A stretch of DNA of 64,000 bases from Chrysomallon squamiferum (lineage: Eukaryota > Animalia > Mollusca): assembly GCA_012295275.1 (NCBI GenBank), contig CM022679.1, positions 5,208,001-5,272,000 on the forward strand, in the 5' to 3' direction. The notes under the pieces were generated by a model that saw only the letters and a list, made by a program, of their open reading frames with translations, searched no databases and was not told the origin of the DNA. Made by a program: the position numbers and the translations under genes. Positions 1-12,044 of this stretch are shown here, piece by piece (within the stretch, counting starts at the first letter, position 1; every line of letters starts with the position of its first letter).

Positions 1-37
1 CTGAACATTAAAAAGGAGAAAGTGAAACAGACGTTGG

Positions 38-83
<46 letters not shown>

Positions 84-88
84 GACGA

Positions 89-123
<35 letters not shown>

Positions 124-210
124 AATAAATAAATAAAGAAAAAAAAATGAATACCCAAGCGCGCCATAGTATAGTATTGAATATATTTTTGGCTGTTAAG
201 TGTAACTGCA

Positions 211-390
211 ATGAACGATGCGGAAGTGGTATGTTTTGTTGCTGAAGAAGCAGCAATGAGTTTTTAAATGTCATGGAAAATTGTTGATAAATGATGTACT
301 TAATATCAATTTATATTTTTACTAACATTAGATGTTTCACTTTATTTGTAGCAATAATAAGTAAACAGAAATATCTTCGGCTGTTCGAAG
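211..390 (+). promoter_or_regulatory. Putative ENGase promoter / 5'UTR exons
   Basis: ETS-type CGGAAGTG at 221-228 followed by donor-like gtatgt; branch-point-like actaac 321-326, acceptor at 350-351, donor gaag|gtacag at 391. Confidence 0.35.
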
Positions 391-578
391 GTACAGAGTG
401 GTTCCAAAAGATCACACTGTTCAGTAAAGGTTTTAACGTAGGCAGAAACAATTTAGTTTTCTCTGATTAAATTTAATGCATTTATGTTCTTAATTGGTCT
501 TAATTAAACAGAATATACTGAGAACCATTTGTTATTAAATAATACGTTTCCTAAACAATAAATAAAGTAATATGAGAG

Positions 579-636
<58 letters not shown>

Positions 637-703
637 GTATAAAGTAGCTCTTAATGATAAAATGTATTAAGCTGTTATGAAATATTTATTTGTTTGTTTA
701 GAA

Positions 704-876
704 ATGGAGCCAGAATGTGCACCATTAAGATCACTGGACTCTGTGTTGTCATGGAAACCACCTAATGCAGATGATGTGCCATTTGCTAAAGTGACTTTGT
801 CAGCTCAGGTGAAAGTGAAAAATGTTCCAAAGACACTGGTGTGCCATGACATGAAGGGAGGCTACTTAGAAGACAG
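704..876 (+). CDS. ENGASE: ENGase coding exon 1
   Basis: tttag|aaATG acceptor; MEPECAP...[15 protein letters not shown]; donor AG|gtaatc (phase 2). Confidence 0.9.
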
Positions 877-908
877 GTAATCTGTTAGTGCATGATACAC
901 ACCTACTA

Positions 909-1007
<99 letters not shown>

Positions 1008-2338
1008 AAATCTATAAAGGGTCACAAGACATTGCCTATGCACATGTTTTGACTTTATATATCATAGAATATTTTGTTCTTTTATGGCAAACTGTATGTC
1101 AAAGATCTCTTGCTCTTGTTATAGATAAAATTATTGGCTTTCCTCTTAATTATTAAATGTTTAATCGACAGTCAGTAAAAACAAAAGAGATACTTTAGCA
1201 TTATTATTATATAAAACCATATAATTACAACATATTCTTCTAGCAGCATAATAACAACTATAAATATTTTAAGTGCATTGTGTATACTTAAATACGGTTC
1301 TTATTTGCTGTTCATGAAACTAACCTTTCATAATAATAACTTTACTGGTACATTTTTTTTTTTTTTTTTAAATATCCTTTGAAATTTCAGGTTTATTCAA
1401 GGCAGCTGTAACCACCAGGCATATCGGTTCTATCACTGGCAGCTGATTGATACTTTCATTTACTTCAGTCATCACTTTTGTACCGTTCCACCTCCATGTT
1501 GGATAGACGCAGCACACAGACATGACGTCAGAGTTTTAGGTATTGACAAAACAGTGGGAGAGTCAGGTGAAAAGTGGGAGGGTGGATCCTTTGTTTAGTA
1601 TGTTACAGACAGTTGAAATGAAATATTTCTGAAAAGAATTGTTAAGGACATGGTTTTTACTTCCAGTTTCAGCTACTGTAATAATTGTTGGACTTTTCCC
1701 GTTATTGCTAGTGTTTCCTTTGTAATGTTATGGTATGCACTGTCTTGTATGGTGGAAGGTGTACATTAAAAAGAATATTTCTTTGGGTGGATTTCTTTTC
1801 AGTCAGATACCATCATTTCACAACAAAATATCTTTTGTGTTTACCCCTGAATAAATAAATAAATATATAAAGAAATAAAGAAATATACAGATAGAGGGAT
1901 AGATAGACAGACAGACTATTAAAAATTATTACTATTATTATTGTTATTATTATTGTTATTATTATTACTATTATTATTGTATTATTATTATTTATTATTA
2001 TTATTACTTATTATTATTATTATTATTATTATTGTTATTGTTATTGTTATTGTTATTGTTATTGTTTCCAGGGACACTGATCACGGAGTGGGATGAGGGA
2101 AAGGCTGTGTGTAAGAATTTTCTGCAGGATAAAAACTGTGTTAGTCAGCTGGTTAGAAAACTCGTGGACATTGCCAGGTTTTATCGATTTGAAGGTTGGC
2201 TAATCAACATTGAAAACAACATAGAGGTATATTTAATTAAAATAACTTAAAAATAGATAAAATAATATAGAGATGTATTTAATTAAATTAACTTAAAAAT
2301 AGATAAAACAATATACAGGTATATTTAATTAAATCAAT

Positions 2339-2376
<38 letters not shown>

Positions 2377-4711
2377 TTTAATTAAAACTATAGACAGATA
2401 TGTTTAATTAAAGAATAAAGTGGTATTTAATTAAAACATTTTAGAGGATATTGATTTAAAATAATTTACAGGTATATTTAATTAAAACAACAGACAGGTA
2501 TGTTTAATTTAAATAATTCTGATACCTAAACATAACTAAGCATAAAATATATTTAAAAAAAGAAGTATTTATGATAATAATGTTACTGAATATCAGTAGC
2601 ATCTGTGATGGTGACCATTTTGATTTCACTTCTGACTATAATGACCAGTACAGTGGTCATTTGTTTTACTTTCCCTCAGCCTATGGTAACTACATTAGCA
2701 GTTCAGTGAGTTATAACAGAATCTTGTGTTACATCACATTTTTGTCAGACTAGTGTGATACATGGATACTGTCAACGTTTGACATAATTCAAGTTTAAAA
2801 TGATGATTGGCAGTTAAACAGGTTAAAAGTAAAATGTTCAGAAAGTTTGTGTGGATTCCAAGTCTGCTGATGTTCTCACCTGCTTGAAAGATTTTTACCT
2901 GTAGTAATTCTAGAGAGGTTTAATCATTAAATTAAAAGTTCTCTGTGGATTTTGTTCCTTAAGTTACTATGCAAAGGGTTTTTAGTTATTTTAATGTTGT
3001 TGTTGTTGTTGTTGTAATATTAAACTTTATTTATTTATTTATTAAGGTCATTATTTATTTATTTATTTACATATTTATTTTATTTTATTTATTTATTTGT
3101 TCTCTTTATTTGTTTATTTTTTGTATATTTGTATATAAGAAGAAGAAAAATAACTTTCTCAGGATTACATATATGTGTGTGTGTGTAGAATACATATATG
3201 GATTTATGCATGACAGTGACATCTTATAATTAAATACAATTTTAAAATTGATTACAACATTATGTTTCTGGTTTCAGGTCGATCATATCAACAGTTTGAA
3301 ATCATTTGTTGAGTTGCTAAGCAACACTATGCATGAGGAGATTGTGCATTCCCAGGTGTTGTGGTACGACAGTGTCACTGATGCAGGAAAGCTGGATTGG
3401 CAGGACCAACTAAACGATAAAAACAAGTAAGTCATAATAACTGAAAGTTTGCATTTTATGCACAAAGTTTCTGTTAAATCTTATATGTTTAATTTGCTGT
3501 TATTATTTTTATTTTTTATTTTTTTTAGACTTTTGTTTGATCAATCAGATGTGAAATTTTGAACCAGTTTTTATATGATCTGGTCACTGCAATTTTTATT
3601 TACTGCAAAGATCATTAACTTACTGCAGTTTGTGTGTGTAAATGTGTGACTGAGTGCGTGTGCATGTTTGAGAGTGTGTTCTGTATATATGTGTTAATGG
3701 AAAAGTTAAGTTTCAGTGTGTTTATGTTTGAGATGGTCCTACATATGCAACACAGACATGTTGGTGATTTCTTTGTATAAATATTTAAAAATGCAAAAAC
3801 AGTGACTAAAACATAACATTTAACTGTTCATTATTCAGTTGCCTCACATCTAAATGTTTTGTTAAGAGACTTCTTCAGCTGCTGTGATGGTATTTTTCTC
3901 AATTACTGCTGGAATGAAGACAAACTCAGACTCTCTGGTGAAGTGGCAGACCAGACCAGACGTCGCCATGACATCTATGTGGGTGTGGACGTCTTTGGGC
4001 GGGGCTGCCCTGGGGGTGGAGGATATAATACCAAAGAAGTAAAATATTTTGTTTTAGTAATTTAAATGTTTTGATTTTGTGGGGTGGTTTAGTATAGAAA
4101 TGTTTTATGTTTGTCAGTACATATCTTGTAAAGGTAGTGGTACTGACAGCAGTATAACTTGGAGTAGTAGTAGTAGTAGTAGTAATAGTCGTAGTAACAG
4201 TAGCAGCAACAGCAGCACCATTAGTGGTAGTAGTAGCAGCAGTAGTAGTTGTAGTAATAATATTAGTAGTAGTAGTAAAAATGGCAGTGGTAATAGCAGT
4301 AGTATCAGTAGCATCATCAGCAGTCGTACTAGAAATAGGAGCAGTAGTAGTTGTTGAAGAAGTAGTATTAGCAGGAACAAGAGAAGTAGCAGTGCTAATA
4401 GAAGTTATGGTAGCATTTGGAATAGTAATAGCTGTATTGGTAAAGCAGTAGACTTAGTAGTTGTTGTTGCAGAAACAGTAGTGGCAGTAGTAATGTATGG
4501 AGAAGTGATAATAATGGAAGTAGCAGTAATAGTAAATAATAGGTAAGTAAAATGTAACTAAATCTTTGTTTTTCAGGCTTTGGAGATGATCAGAAAAGAA
4601 AATTTGTCAGCTGCCATTTTTGCTCCTGGCTGGGTTCATGAAACACAGGAAATGACAGAATTTACCAGCAACCAGAACAAGTAGAATTGTTTATAATGTG
4701 TGTGTGTGTGT

Positions 4712-4754
<43 letters not shown>

Positions 4755-5541
4755 TGAGTGTGTGTGTGTGTGTGTGTGAATTTACCAGCAACCAGAACAA
4801 ATAGAATTGTTTATAATGTGTGTTTGTATGTGTGTGTGTCTTTGAGTGTGTTGATGTATGTGTATCTTAATGAACTTATGAACTATGTGTGTCAGTTATG
4901 CATTTGTGAGTGTTGTATTGCCAGTCTTTTGTGATGAGATAATTCTGAAAAAAATAAAAAAAATTAAAAAAAAAAAAAACTCATAATAATAAAATAGTTA
5001 TTTTCTTCCTTGAGCCATATTTTGAAAAAAAAAAATATAATACACTTCTTTTTTTAATAACAAGATTTTTTTTTTTTTCATAAACTAAAAAGAAAAAATA
5101 CTGTGAGTCTGAACATTTTCAAACAAAAAATAAATAAAAGGTAAACATACACAAATGTTCTTTAAACAATTCTTTTTCTTCTTTTTTCTTGTTTTTGTTC
5201 TTGTTCTTCTTCTTATTATTATTGTGATCATTGTTGCTTTTGTTAATTGTTTTATTAACTTTTCTCTTGTTTTGGCAGATTTTGGAAAGAACTGCTCCCT
5301 TTCTGTAATTCTCATCCCATAAGTTATCTCCCTTTAGTAACATCCTTTTGCCAGGGAAATGGAAAGAAATATTTTCTACATGGACAGGTGCAGTATTTAT
5401 CTAAGTTTGAAAATTGTTATTGTGTTTTGATGTATAATATATTTTATTTGCTTATTTATTTATTTAGTTCCTTATTTATTTATTTGTTTGGTTTGTTTCT
5501 TTCTTTTAAGTTTTAATTTATTTTGGTTGGTTTATTTATTT

Positions 5542-5576
<35 letters not shown>

Positions 5577-5633
5577 TTTTATTTATTTATATATTTATTT
5601 ATTTTCAATTATTTTACTTATTTATTTATATAT

Positions 5634-5688
<55 letters not shown>

Positions 5689-7760
5689 TTTTCATTTATT
5701 ATAATTTTTAGATTATTATACTTTTTCCTTTTTATTTAAAATGTTTATTTTTTTTTAAATTCATAAAAATTCCCTCTTTGAAGATTTGAACTACAATCCT
5801 TAGCTTGAGAATCCAAATCTCTGCTAACTGAAATAAAAGGGAATTTCTGACTGACTTTTCATGACAGCATTATAACATTACTCCCTCTTCACATTTAAGT
5901 AACCAAATGTTGTTATTATGGAAACATTAAATTTTAGAATCAAATCACTAATATTTTGTACATTTTTTATTTCAGTGCATTGGTGATTTTTACAGTCACC
6001 TGTATGTATAATGTATATTTAATTTATTCTTTTTTCTTTCAGTGTGTTGGCCTTTCTCCATGGTATAATTTGAGTCTGCAGCAAGTCCAGGCCAAATTGT
6101 CTGTAGGTGACTCTGGGACATCTTCTGCCTTAGAGAGTTTTGTGTTTGAGGAAGAGGCATACCTAGGAGGAGGCTGTGTCAGGGTTCAAGGACATTTCAA
6201 TGACACGGCAAAAACATTGTGTTTAAAGTGAGAACTTTTACAATATTATTTGAAATAAAAATTAAATTATAACATTGCTTATGAGAAAGAATGGATTACA
6301 AATGTTTAGTAGACTTCAATTTTTATTTTTGAATATCAATCTTTACTAATGATAAATACTTAATACTAGGTTGATCAATCCACTGTCTGTAGTTATGAAA
6401 GGCAATGAAATAATACCATTTAAATCAACTATATATGCAAGTTGCTTAAATACTGTAACCTTTGATGATAATAAAGTTTTCAAGTGTTTTAGACCTGTTT
6501 TAATAGCATTTTATATTACCTTTTTGAATTTTTGTTTTAGACTTTTTGAAATGGATGTTAAAATCTACAACAGTCTGTTAGTGACATACACATACAAACA
6601 TCTTTCTGGCCCACAATGCAGTATAAACATGGCTCTCGAACTGCAGAATGGAGCACAGGAGAAACAAATCTTGTTGGTTGATAATTCCTCCCAAAAAAGA
6701 AAAGAACCAGATAAGAAAAAACGTAAAACAGAAAACACAGAGGTGTTTAGTCTGGCTAAAGAAAATGTTGTAAAACACTTTGGTGTTGTCCTGAAGTGGA
6801 AACAGATTGGAAAACATGGTATAAATCTGTCTGTCTGTCTGTCTATAATTGTATAGATTCAGTCTGAAGTATTAAAATTTAATTATAATTTTTGTTTAAT
6901 TATATTATTAAGTAACTGGAAGATGAGATACTAATACTTCTTTACTACTACTACTACTACTACTACTACTAGTTATTATTATTATTACTGTTATTTTTAT
7001 TATTATGTTTTAATAATAACTGACATTTGATTATTTAATCACTTTTCTAAGCAAATGCAAGAGATTTTATTTTTTATTTTTTTATTTATGAACTAATGGA
7101 ATATGAAAAGAATTAAATATATTTTGTTTTTTTTAATCTTATAGATGTGAAAACAATTTAAATATTTCATAAATAATTTTTTTAAAACAGTGCATTAAGT
7201 ACGAGAAATAAATAAAATAAAAAATACTTTTTAAAATATTTGAATCTTGTCAGATTTTGGAACTAGTTGAATGAATAAGTAACTTTTTGTTTTATTTCTT
7301 TTTCTTTAGTCATTTTCTTGTTGAATCAGCCATTGTTTCAAACTGCACATTGAAATCAGTCAATCTGGTTGTTGATCACCAAGTTGGATTGGGAAATTTT
7401 TCTCTACTTTTGGGCCAAGTACAGGTCATTTCAGTTGTTGCTTTTTAATTTTATGATTTTTTTTTGATGATTTTTTTTTTATTTTGACTGTTTGTGTAAA
7501 ACAATCACTAAATGGACTAAATATATCTTTATATTTACAACTGTTTTTCTGATTTGACAACTGTTTTTCTGATATTTTGTACATTGTCTGTTCACATTTT
7601 AGTACTTACTCAGAAACACAGGTTTTATTTTTTTATTACAAAACTGTATTATTATTTTATTATTATTATTATGTATATACTCCCTCTCTGTGTGTAATAT
7701 TTCTATTTATCTAAAAGCTTTATTATTATTGTTATTATTACTATTATTATTATCATTATT

Positions 7761-7807
<47 letters not shown>

Positions 7808-8178
7808 TATTATTATTATATTTTTTCTTTCAAATTCAGATATTGCCTGAAGACTGTGTACTAAAAGAATATCCCAGGGTATCAGACCTCACTTGTACAA
7901 AATACTGCAGCTCTTCAGCATCACAGCCTGCTGAAAACAAAACTTTCAAACTGAAATGGACTTGTACAGACTCATCCTGTGTTCAGTACTACAATGTGTA
8001 CAGCTGGTCCCCTGGTCTGTCACATCAGCTGTGCGGACACACAACCTTACAGACATATGTCTTAGTGACAGACAAGACACAGACAGACGTACAGATGGTT
8101 GTACAGCCAGTAACTACTGTAGGAGTGGCAGTTCCTGTGAGAAATTGTTCAGCATGTGTTTTACCTGTCGATTCTTGA
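704..8178 (+). CDS. ENGASE: Cytosolic endo-beta-N-acetylglucosaminidase (glycoside hydrolase family 85), spliced gene of ~634-642 aa
   Basis: Coding exons 704-876, 1391-1539, 2072-2226, 3278-3426, 3867-4038, 4577-4680, 5279-5387, 6043-6227, 6541-~6818 (or 6795), 7310-7424, 7840-8178, all GT-AG and phase-compatible except the exon 9/10 junction. GH85 motifs: [58 protein letters not shown] (catalytic N-x-E), [55 protein letters not shown]. Confidence 0.95.
1391..1539 (+). CDS. ENGASE: ENGase coding exon 2 (not in ORF track)
   Basis: tttcag|; [49 protein letters not shown]; |gtattg. Confidence 0.92.
2072..2226 (+). CDS. ENGASE: ENGase coding exon 3 (catalytic motif)
   Basis: ttccag|; GTLITEW...[13 protein letters not shown]; |gtatat. 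Confidence 0.92.
2221..2510 (+). repeat. Degenerate tandem duplications of the ENGase exon-3 donor region
   Basis: Recurrent (c/g)aggtatatttaattaaaa units at ~2224, ~2269, ~2317, ~2470, ~2496. Confidence 0.6.
3278..3426 (+). CDS. ENGASE: ENGase coding exon 4
   Basis: tttcag|; VDHINS...[23 protein letters not shown]; |gtaagt. Confidence 0.92.
3867..4038 (+). CDS. ENGASE: ENGase coding exon 5
   Basis: gttaag|; [15 protein letters not shown]...[22 protein letters not shown]; |gtaaaa. Confidence 0.92.
4577..4680 (+). CDS. ENGASE: ENGase coding exon 6 (not in ORF track)
   Basis: tttcag|; [34 protein letters not shown]; |gtagaa. Confidence 0.9.
4658..4822 (+). repeat. ~45-bp direct duplication of the exon-6 end and donor, 120 bp apart
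   Basis: gaatttaccagcaaccagaacaa(G/A)tagaattgtttataatgtgtgt at 4658 and 4778, separated by (TG)n. Confidence 0.85.
5279..5387 (+). CDS. ENGASE: ENGase coding exon 7 (not in ORF track)
   Basis: tggcag|; [36 protein letters not shown]; |gtgcag. Confidence 0.88.
5770..5842 (-). pseudogene. Decayed tRNA-like sequence (anticodon position reads CTC, Glu-like) or tRNA-derived SINE head, antisense in an ENGase intron
   Basis: Minus strand, 73 nt: TCCCTTT-TA-TTTC-AGTTAGCA-GAGA-T-TTGGA-TTCTCAA-GCTAA-GGAT-TGTAG-TTCAAAT-CTTCA-A-AGAGGGA-A. The acceptor and D stems pair, the anticodon and T stems have one mismatch each, the B-box GTTCAAATC is intact and the D-loop GG is lost. Confidence 0.55.
6043..6227 (+). 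CDS. ENGASE: ENGase coding exon 8
   Basis: tttcag|; [16 protein letters not shown]...[12 protein letters not shown]...; |gtgaga. Confidence 0.88.
6541..6818 (+). CDS. ENGASE: ENGase coding exon 9 (3' end uncertain; possible 1-bp frameshift)
   Basis: ttttag|; [19 protein letters not shown]...; donor either aa|gtggaa (6795, in phase) or tg|gtataa (6818, needs a frameshift). Confidence 0.75.
7310..7424 (+). CDS. ENGASE: ENGase coding exon 10 (not in ORF track)
   Basis: ctttag|; [38 protein letters not shown]; |gtcatt. Confidence 0.78.
7840..8178 (+). CDS. ENGASE: ENGase terminal coding exon (beta-rich C-terminal domain)
   Basis: attcag|; ILPEDC...FKLKW...YYNVYS...VVQPVT; stop TGA; AATAAA at 8193-8198. 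Confidence 0.85.
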   Translation: MLPEDCVLKEYPRVSDLTCTKYCSSSASQPAENKTFKLKWTCTDSSCVQYYNVYSWSPGLSHQLCGHTTLQTYVLVTDKTQTDVQMVVQPVTTVGVAVPVRNCSACVLPVDS

Positions 8179-8361
8179 TGGATGCAAAAGAAAATAAAGT
8201 TTTCTTAATTAAGATAATTTATATTTTTTCTGAAGTATAAATTTCTTCTTTTCTTATGTGTTTTTTTTTTCCATTTATTATTTATTAGTATTCTTTTCCT
8301 TCATCTCCTACTGTTACATCATAATATCATTATTATTATTATATTTGTTAATCATTTATTA

Positions 8362-8405
<44 letters not shown>

Positions 8406-8779
8406 GATACCAAGATATAAACATCTTCTCTATGATTCCAAGATATAAACATATAATTCCTAGAGTTCTCTTTTCTTTCATAGTGTGTTAATGTCTCTCT
8501 CTCAGTTGTGTGTGTGTGTGTGTGTGTGTGTGTTCTTTAAACATAAGCTGTATTGAGAAACTGGGGGAAAAACAATCCATTTCAGAAAAAACAACACTAA
8601 TTAATAAGGAAACCACATTTCTAAACATTATCTTAATTTTGAACAGAGTTCCATCGAGGAGAATCGATCCATCGACTCATCGTTTCTCATGATTTCATTA
8701 CATCTAAACTTTGCAAAGTACATCGTAGTAATTGAATTACAAAAATTTATAACGGGCTAATATACATCTATCTATTTAT

Positions 8780-8848
<69 letters not shown>

Positions 8849-8954
8849 TCTATTTATTTATTTTCACTATGACAACACTAAACGCCTATTCTTCAATATC
8901 ACGCGCTGCACTTTTGAGGTTTTAATAACTATGTCAAAATCACATGTGAAAAAT

Positions 8955-9158
8955 CGATGGCGGAAATAAGCACTGCGCATGTCGGGTGGTTTTTATGAGT
9001 ATTCGGGTAAACAACGGTGACCTGCTATTTGTTTAAAAGTGTGCTGCTACCTGAGCAGCGTGTGTCGTGTTTATTTGCAGAGTTAGGTTTATGAATAAAA
9101 TAACATTTACAATGGTCTGTGATTTCGGAATCATGAAGTTCAGATAGCAACGTTGCAG
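8955..9158 (+). promoter_or_regulatory. Putative promoter and non-coding first exon of the 12 kb gene
   Basis: CpG-rich patch with ATGGCG/CGGAAA (YY1/ETS-like) and TGCGCATG (NRF1-like); strong donor gcag|gtaagc at 9159; matching acceptor tttactttcag| at 11992. Confidence 0.45.
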
Positions 9159-9400
9159 GTAAGCTAAAATGATCATTCTGATGTTTATCGACACATCATG
9201 TGTAACTATGAAAAGGTCATTAAGTGAAATCGATCTTCCTCGACACGAGGAATGTACTTTTGCATTATATGTTTATTTTGTTTGTGTGTATGTGTCTAAG
9301 TTTATAACTTTTTTTATTTATTTATTTAATGTATTTATTTATTTAATTTTAATAGTAACTATATACAAAGTTTTTAAATCTGCTTCCCTTATTTATTTAT

Positions 9401-9446
<46 letters not shown>

Positions 9447-10959
9447 TTATAATAATATAATTTATTAATGTAGCATGCCAAACTATTTAATTATTTATTT
9501 ATTTATTTATTCACTTACCACCATTATAACAAACTATAATTAATCTACTTTCCTTTTACCACCACTTAAATTATAACTTCAGCAAACACAACTAACGTAG
9601 CAATTTAAAGATCTAACATATTAACGTACTAACATGTCAGGAGCTTACAATAACACGCTCTGTGTTTGAACTTCAGTTTGAAATATTTATGATGCCAGTT
9701 TAGAAACATATACATAATTTTTCATAAATTTCCATATATAATTTATCTCAGTTAAAATCATTTTAATGCTAATAATGTTTATTACTCATCCTACAAATTA
9801 AAATAATTTGCCGGTTAATCTTATTTATTAAAATTTTATAAAATAATAATTAATGTTACTAAGGTCATATAGCTTATATTGTTAACGATGTTATTTATAT
9901 TATTAATGATATTATGTTACTGAATAAGCATTGCGAATAGTCATATATAATTTTGTATTGAAATTAGTGAATAATGAATAATAGCAACTGGAATTGTGTT
10001 CATATGTCATAAAGAAAGCAACATAGCTTTTATTAATAATTCTAGTTAACAGATTTTTACATGAATAAGTCATCAGACGATCTGGTTCTTCGATCGGTCG
10101 ACTGATTAGTCAGTCAGATATTCAGTCGATTTAATATTAGTCACAGTTTTAGATATACAGTCATTTGAATATACAGTCAGTGAGACATATAACCATTGAG
10201 ATATACAGTCATTTGAATATACAGTCAGTCAGACATACAGTTAGTTAGAGGTAAAGTCTGTTGAACATACAATCAGTCAGTCAGTCAGTCAGTCAGTCAG
10301 TCAGTTAGAAATACAGCCAGTCAGACATAGACGTTCGGTCACTCAGTCGGTCAGTCTGTTCATAACGAGAAATAACTATGTTTATTGCTATATAATGGAA
10401 TAGTACCCCTTTGTCCAAACTGTTTTATTTAGTTGTTACTTCGCAGTGCTATTAGGATATAAAAGTAACACCATTACGTCTGTTTTAAAATATTTATAAT
10501 CAGCTAATTATATATATATATATGCATTCTTCATGTGTCTGTGATAACTAATTAATCCGCCCTCACCCAATCTGTTCGCAGAACTCAACTAAGTAATTTA
10601 ATATTGCAATAGCTATTTAAAGATGCCCCTATATAAACTAATTAATATCAGCTGTAATTATAATTAAATGTACACCTCTTGGAATAGCTGTTATCTAATC
10701 TGCTGCTTGGTTTACAAGTTTGGATCAAAACGTGTTAGAAACCAGTCAGCCACACATGTCGCTCACTAAAACGAGTAATTAGCGGATTAGCACTAATCCG
10801 AAAATTTGGTTAGCTTAATTAATTAAATAACTTAATTATTTGTTTATTTGTAAGGAATAATTATAATGCAATGAGGTGAAGAATTAAAGTGGAAATGTTT
10901 AATAAGAATGGATTTCGACTACGAAAGCAATTTTGTTTTAAATAAATTATACGTGGCAC

Positions 10960-11063
<104 letters not shown>

Positions 11064-12044
11064 CTAGATAAATAGAGAGAGAGAAGGAGAGAGAATGAGA
11101 ATTTAAAAGATGGTGTCCTTTCTAGAATTTGTAGTTTAATTACAAATGTATTCAAATTCCTTGCTTTATTGTGCATCCACCGTGATAATAATTGTAGAGA
11201 AAATGTGTTCATATGCCGTAGTCTAATGTCAACGTTAATTAATTTCAGTTCAGCTACATGGTCGACAACTCTTTCCTATTGCCAACTGATTTTTCATTTA
11301 CAGGCATTCTTCTCTTAAACAGGAAAGCATAAACCGTTCGACAACACATTTAGAAGGTTTGATTGTGCGAGTCTCACTGTTTATTGCAGAAAGATTATTC
11401 CATCATAAAAATATCAATATTCTATGATAATCCCTTTATTTCATCGTTGTAAATTCTGTTCTACATAATCTTGACGTTATTCATAATCGATGTTCAAATA
11501 AAAAGAAAATCTTTAACAATGGTTGGTTTAGAAATATATGTCGAATTACGTTCGTGCGAAGTTTATATACGAAGTCCTTGAATTATAAAAGTATAAAAGT
11601 TCGAAGTATAAAAGTTATAATGGAAAAAAAGTGTATATGAAAAATTCATGTGAATAACCCGTGTGACAGATCCTGCTTTAATTATTTATTACTCCATGGA
11701 AAAAAAAGCAAAAAATCGACATTCTGTTTGATATTTAGATAGTTATTTCTGCTTACTCAGTGGATATGTAATAACTTTTTGTTATTTAAATTTTTGTTCT
11801 TAAAACGTACGTGTGCAATATGTATATACATGCATGCGTTTGTGTGTGTGAATAATACACATTATATATATATATATATATACAGATACATATAAACATG
11901 TGTGTGATATGTGTGTTTAAAATTATGTAGCTATCTGATTTGTATGTACGTAAACGCATAAAGCTTTATTTTCATTAACTGTTTACTTTCAGAGACGTTT
12001 CTGGTCAGGAGATTCATGACTAAATAAGCGTTGTTTACAATGAT

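Noticed and set aside
4079-4540. Ser-rich / Leu-rich / Val-rich ORFs in an ENGase intron
   Set aside because: Degenerate (AGT/AGC)n trinucleotide repeat; the flanking exons join in phase without it
8640-8700. SINE-like fragment (gaatcgatccatcgactcatcg)
   Set aside because: Only a T-arm-like remnant; too short to call
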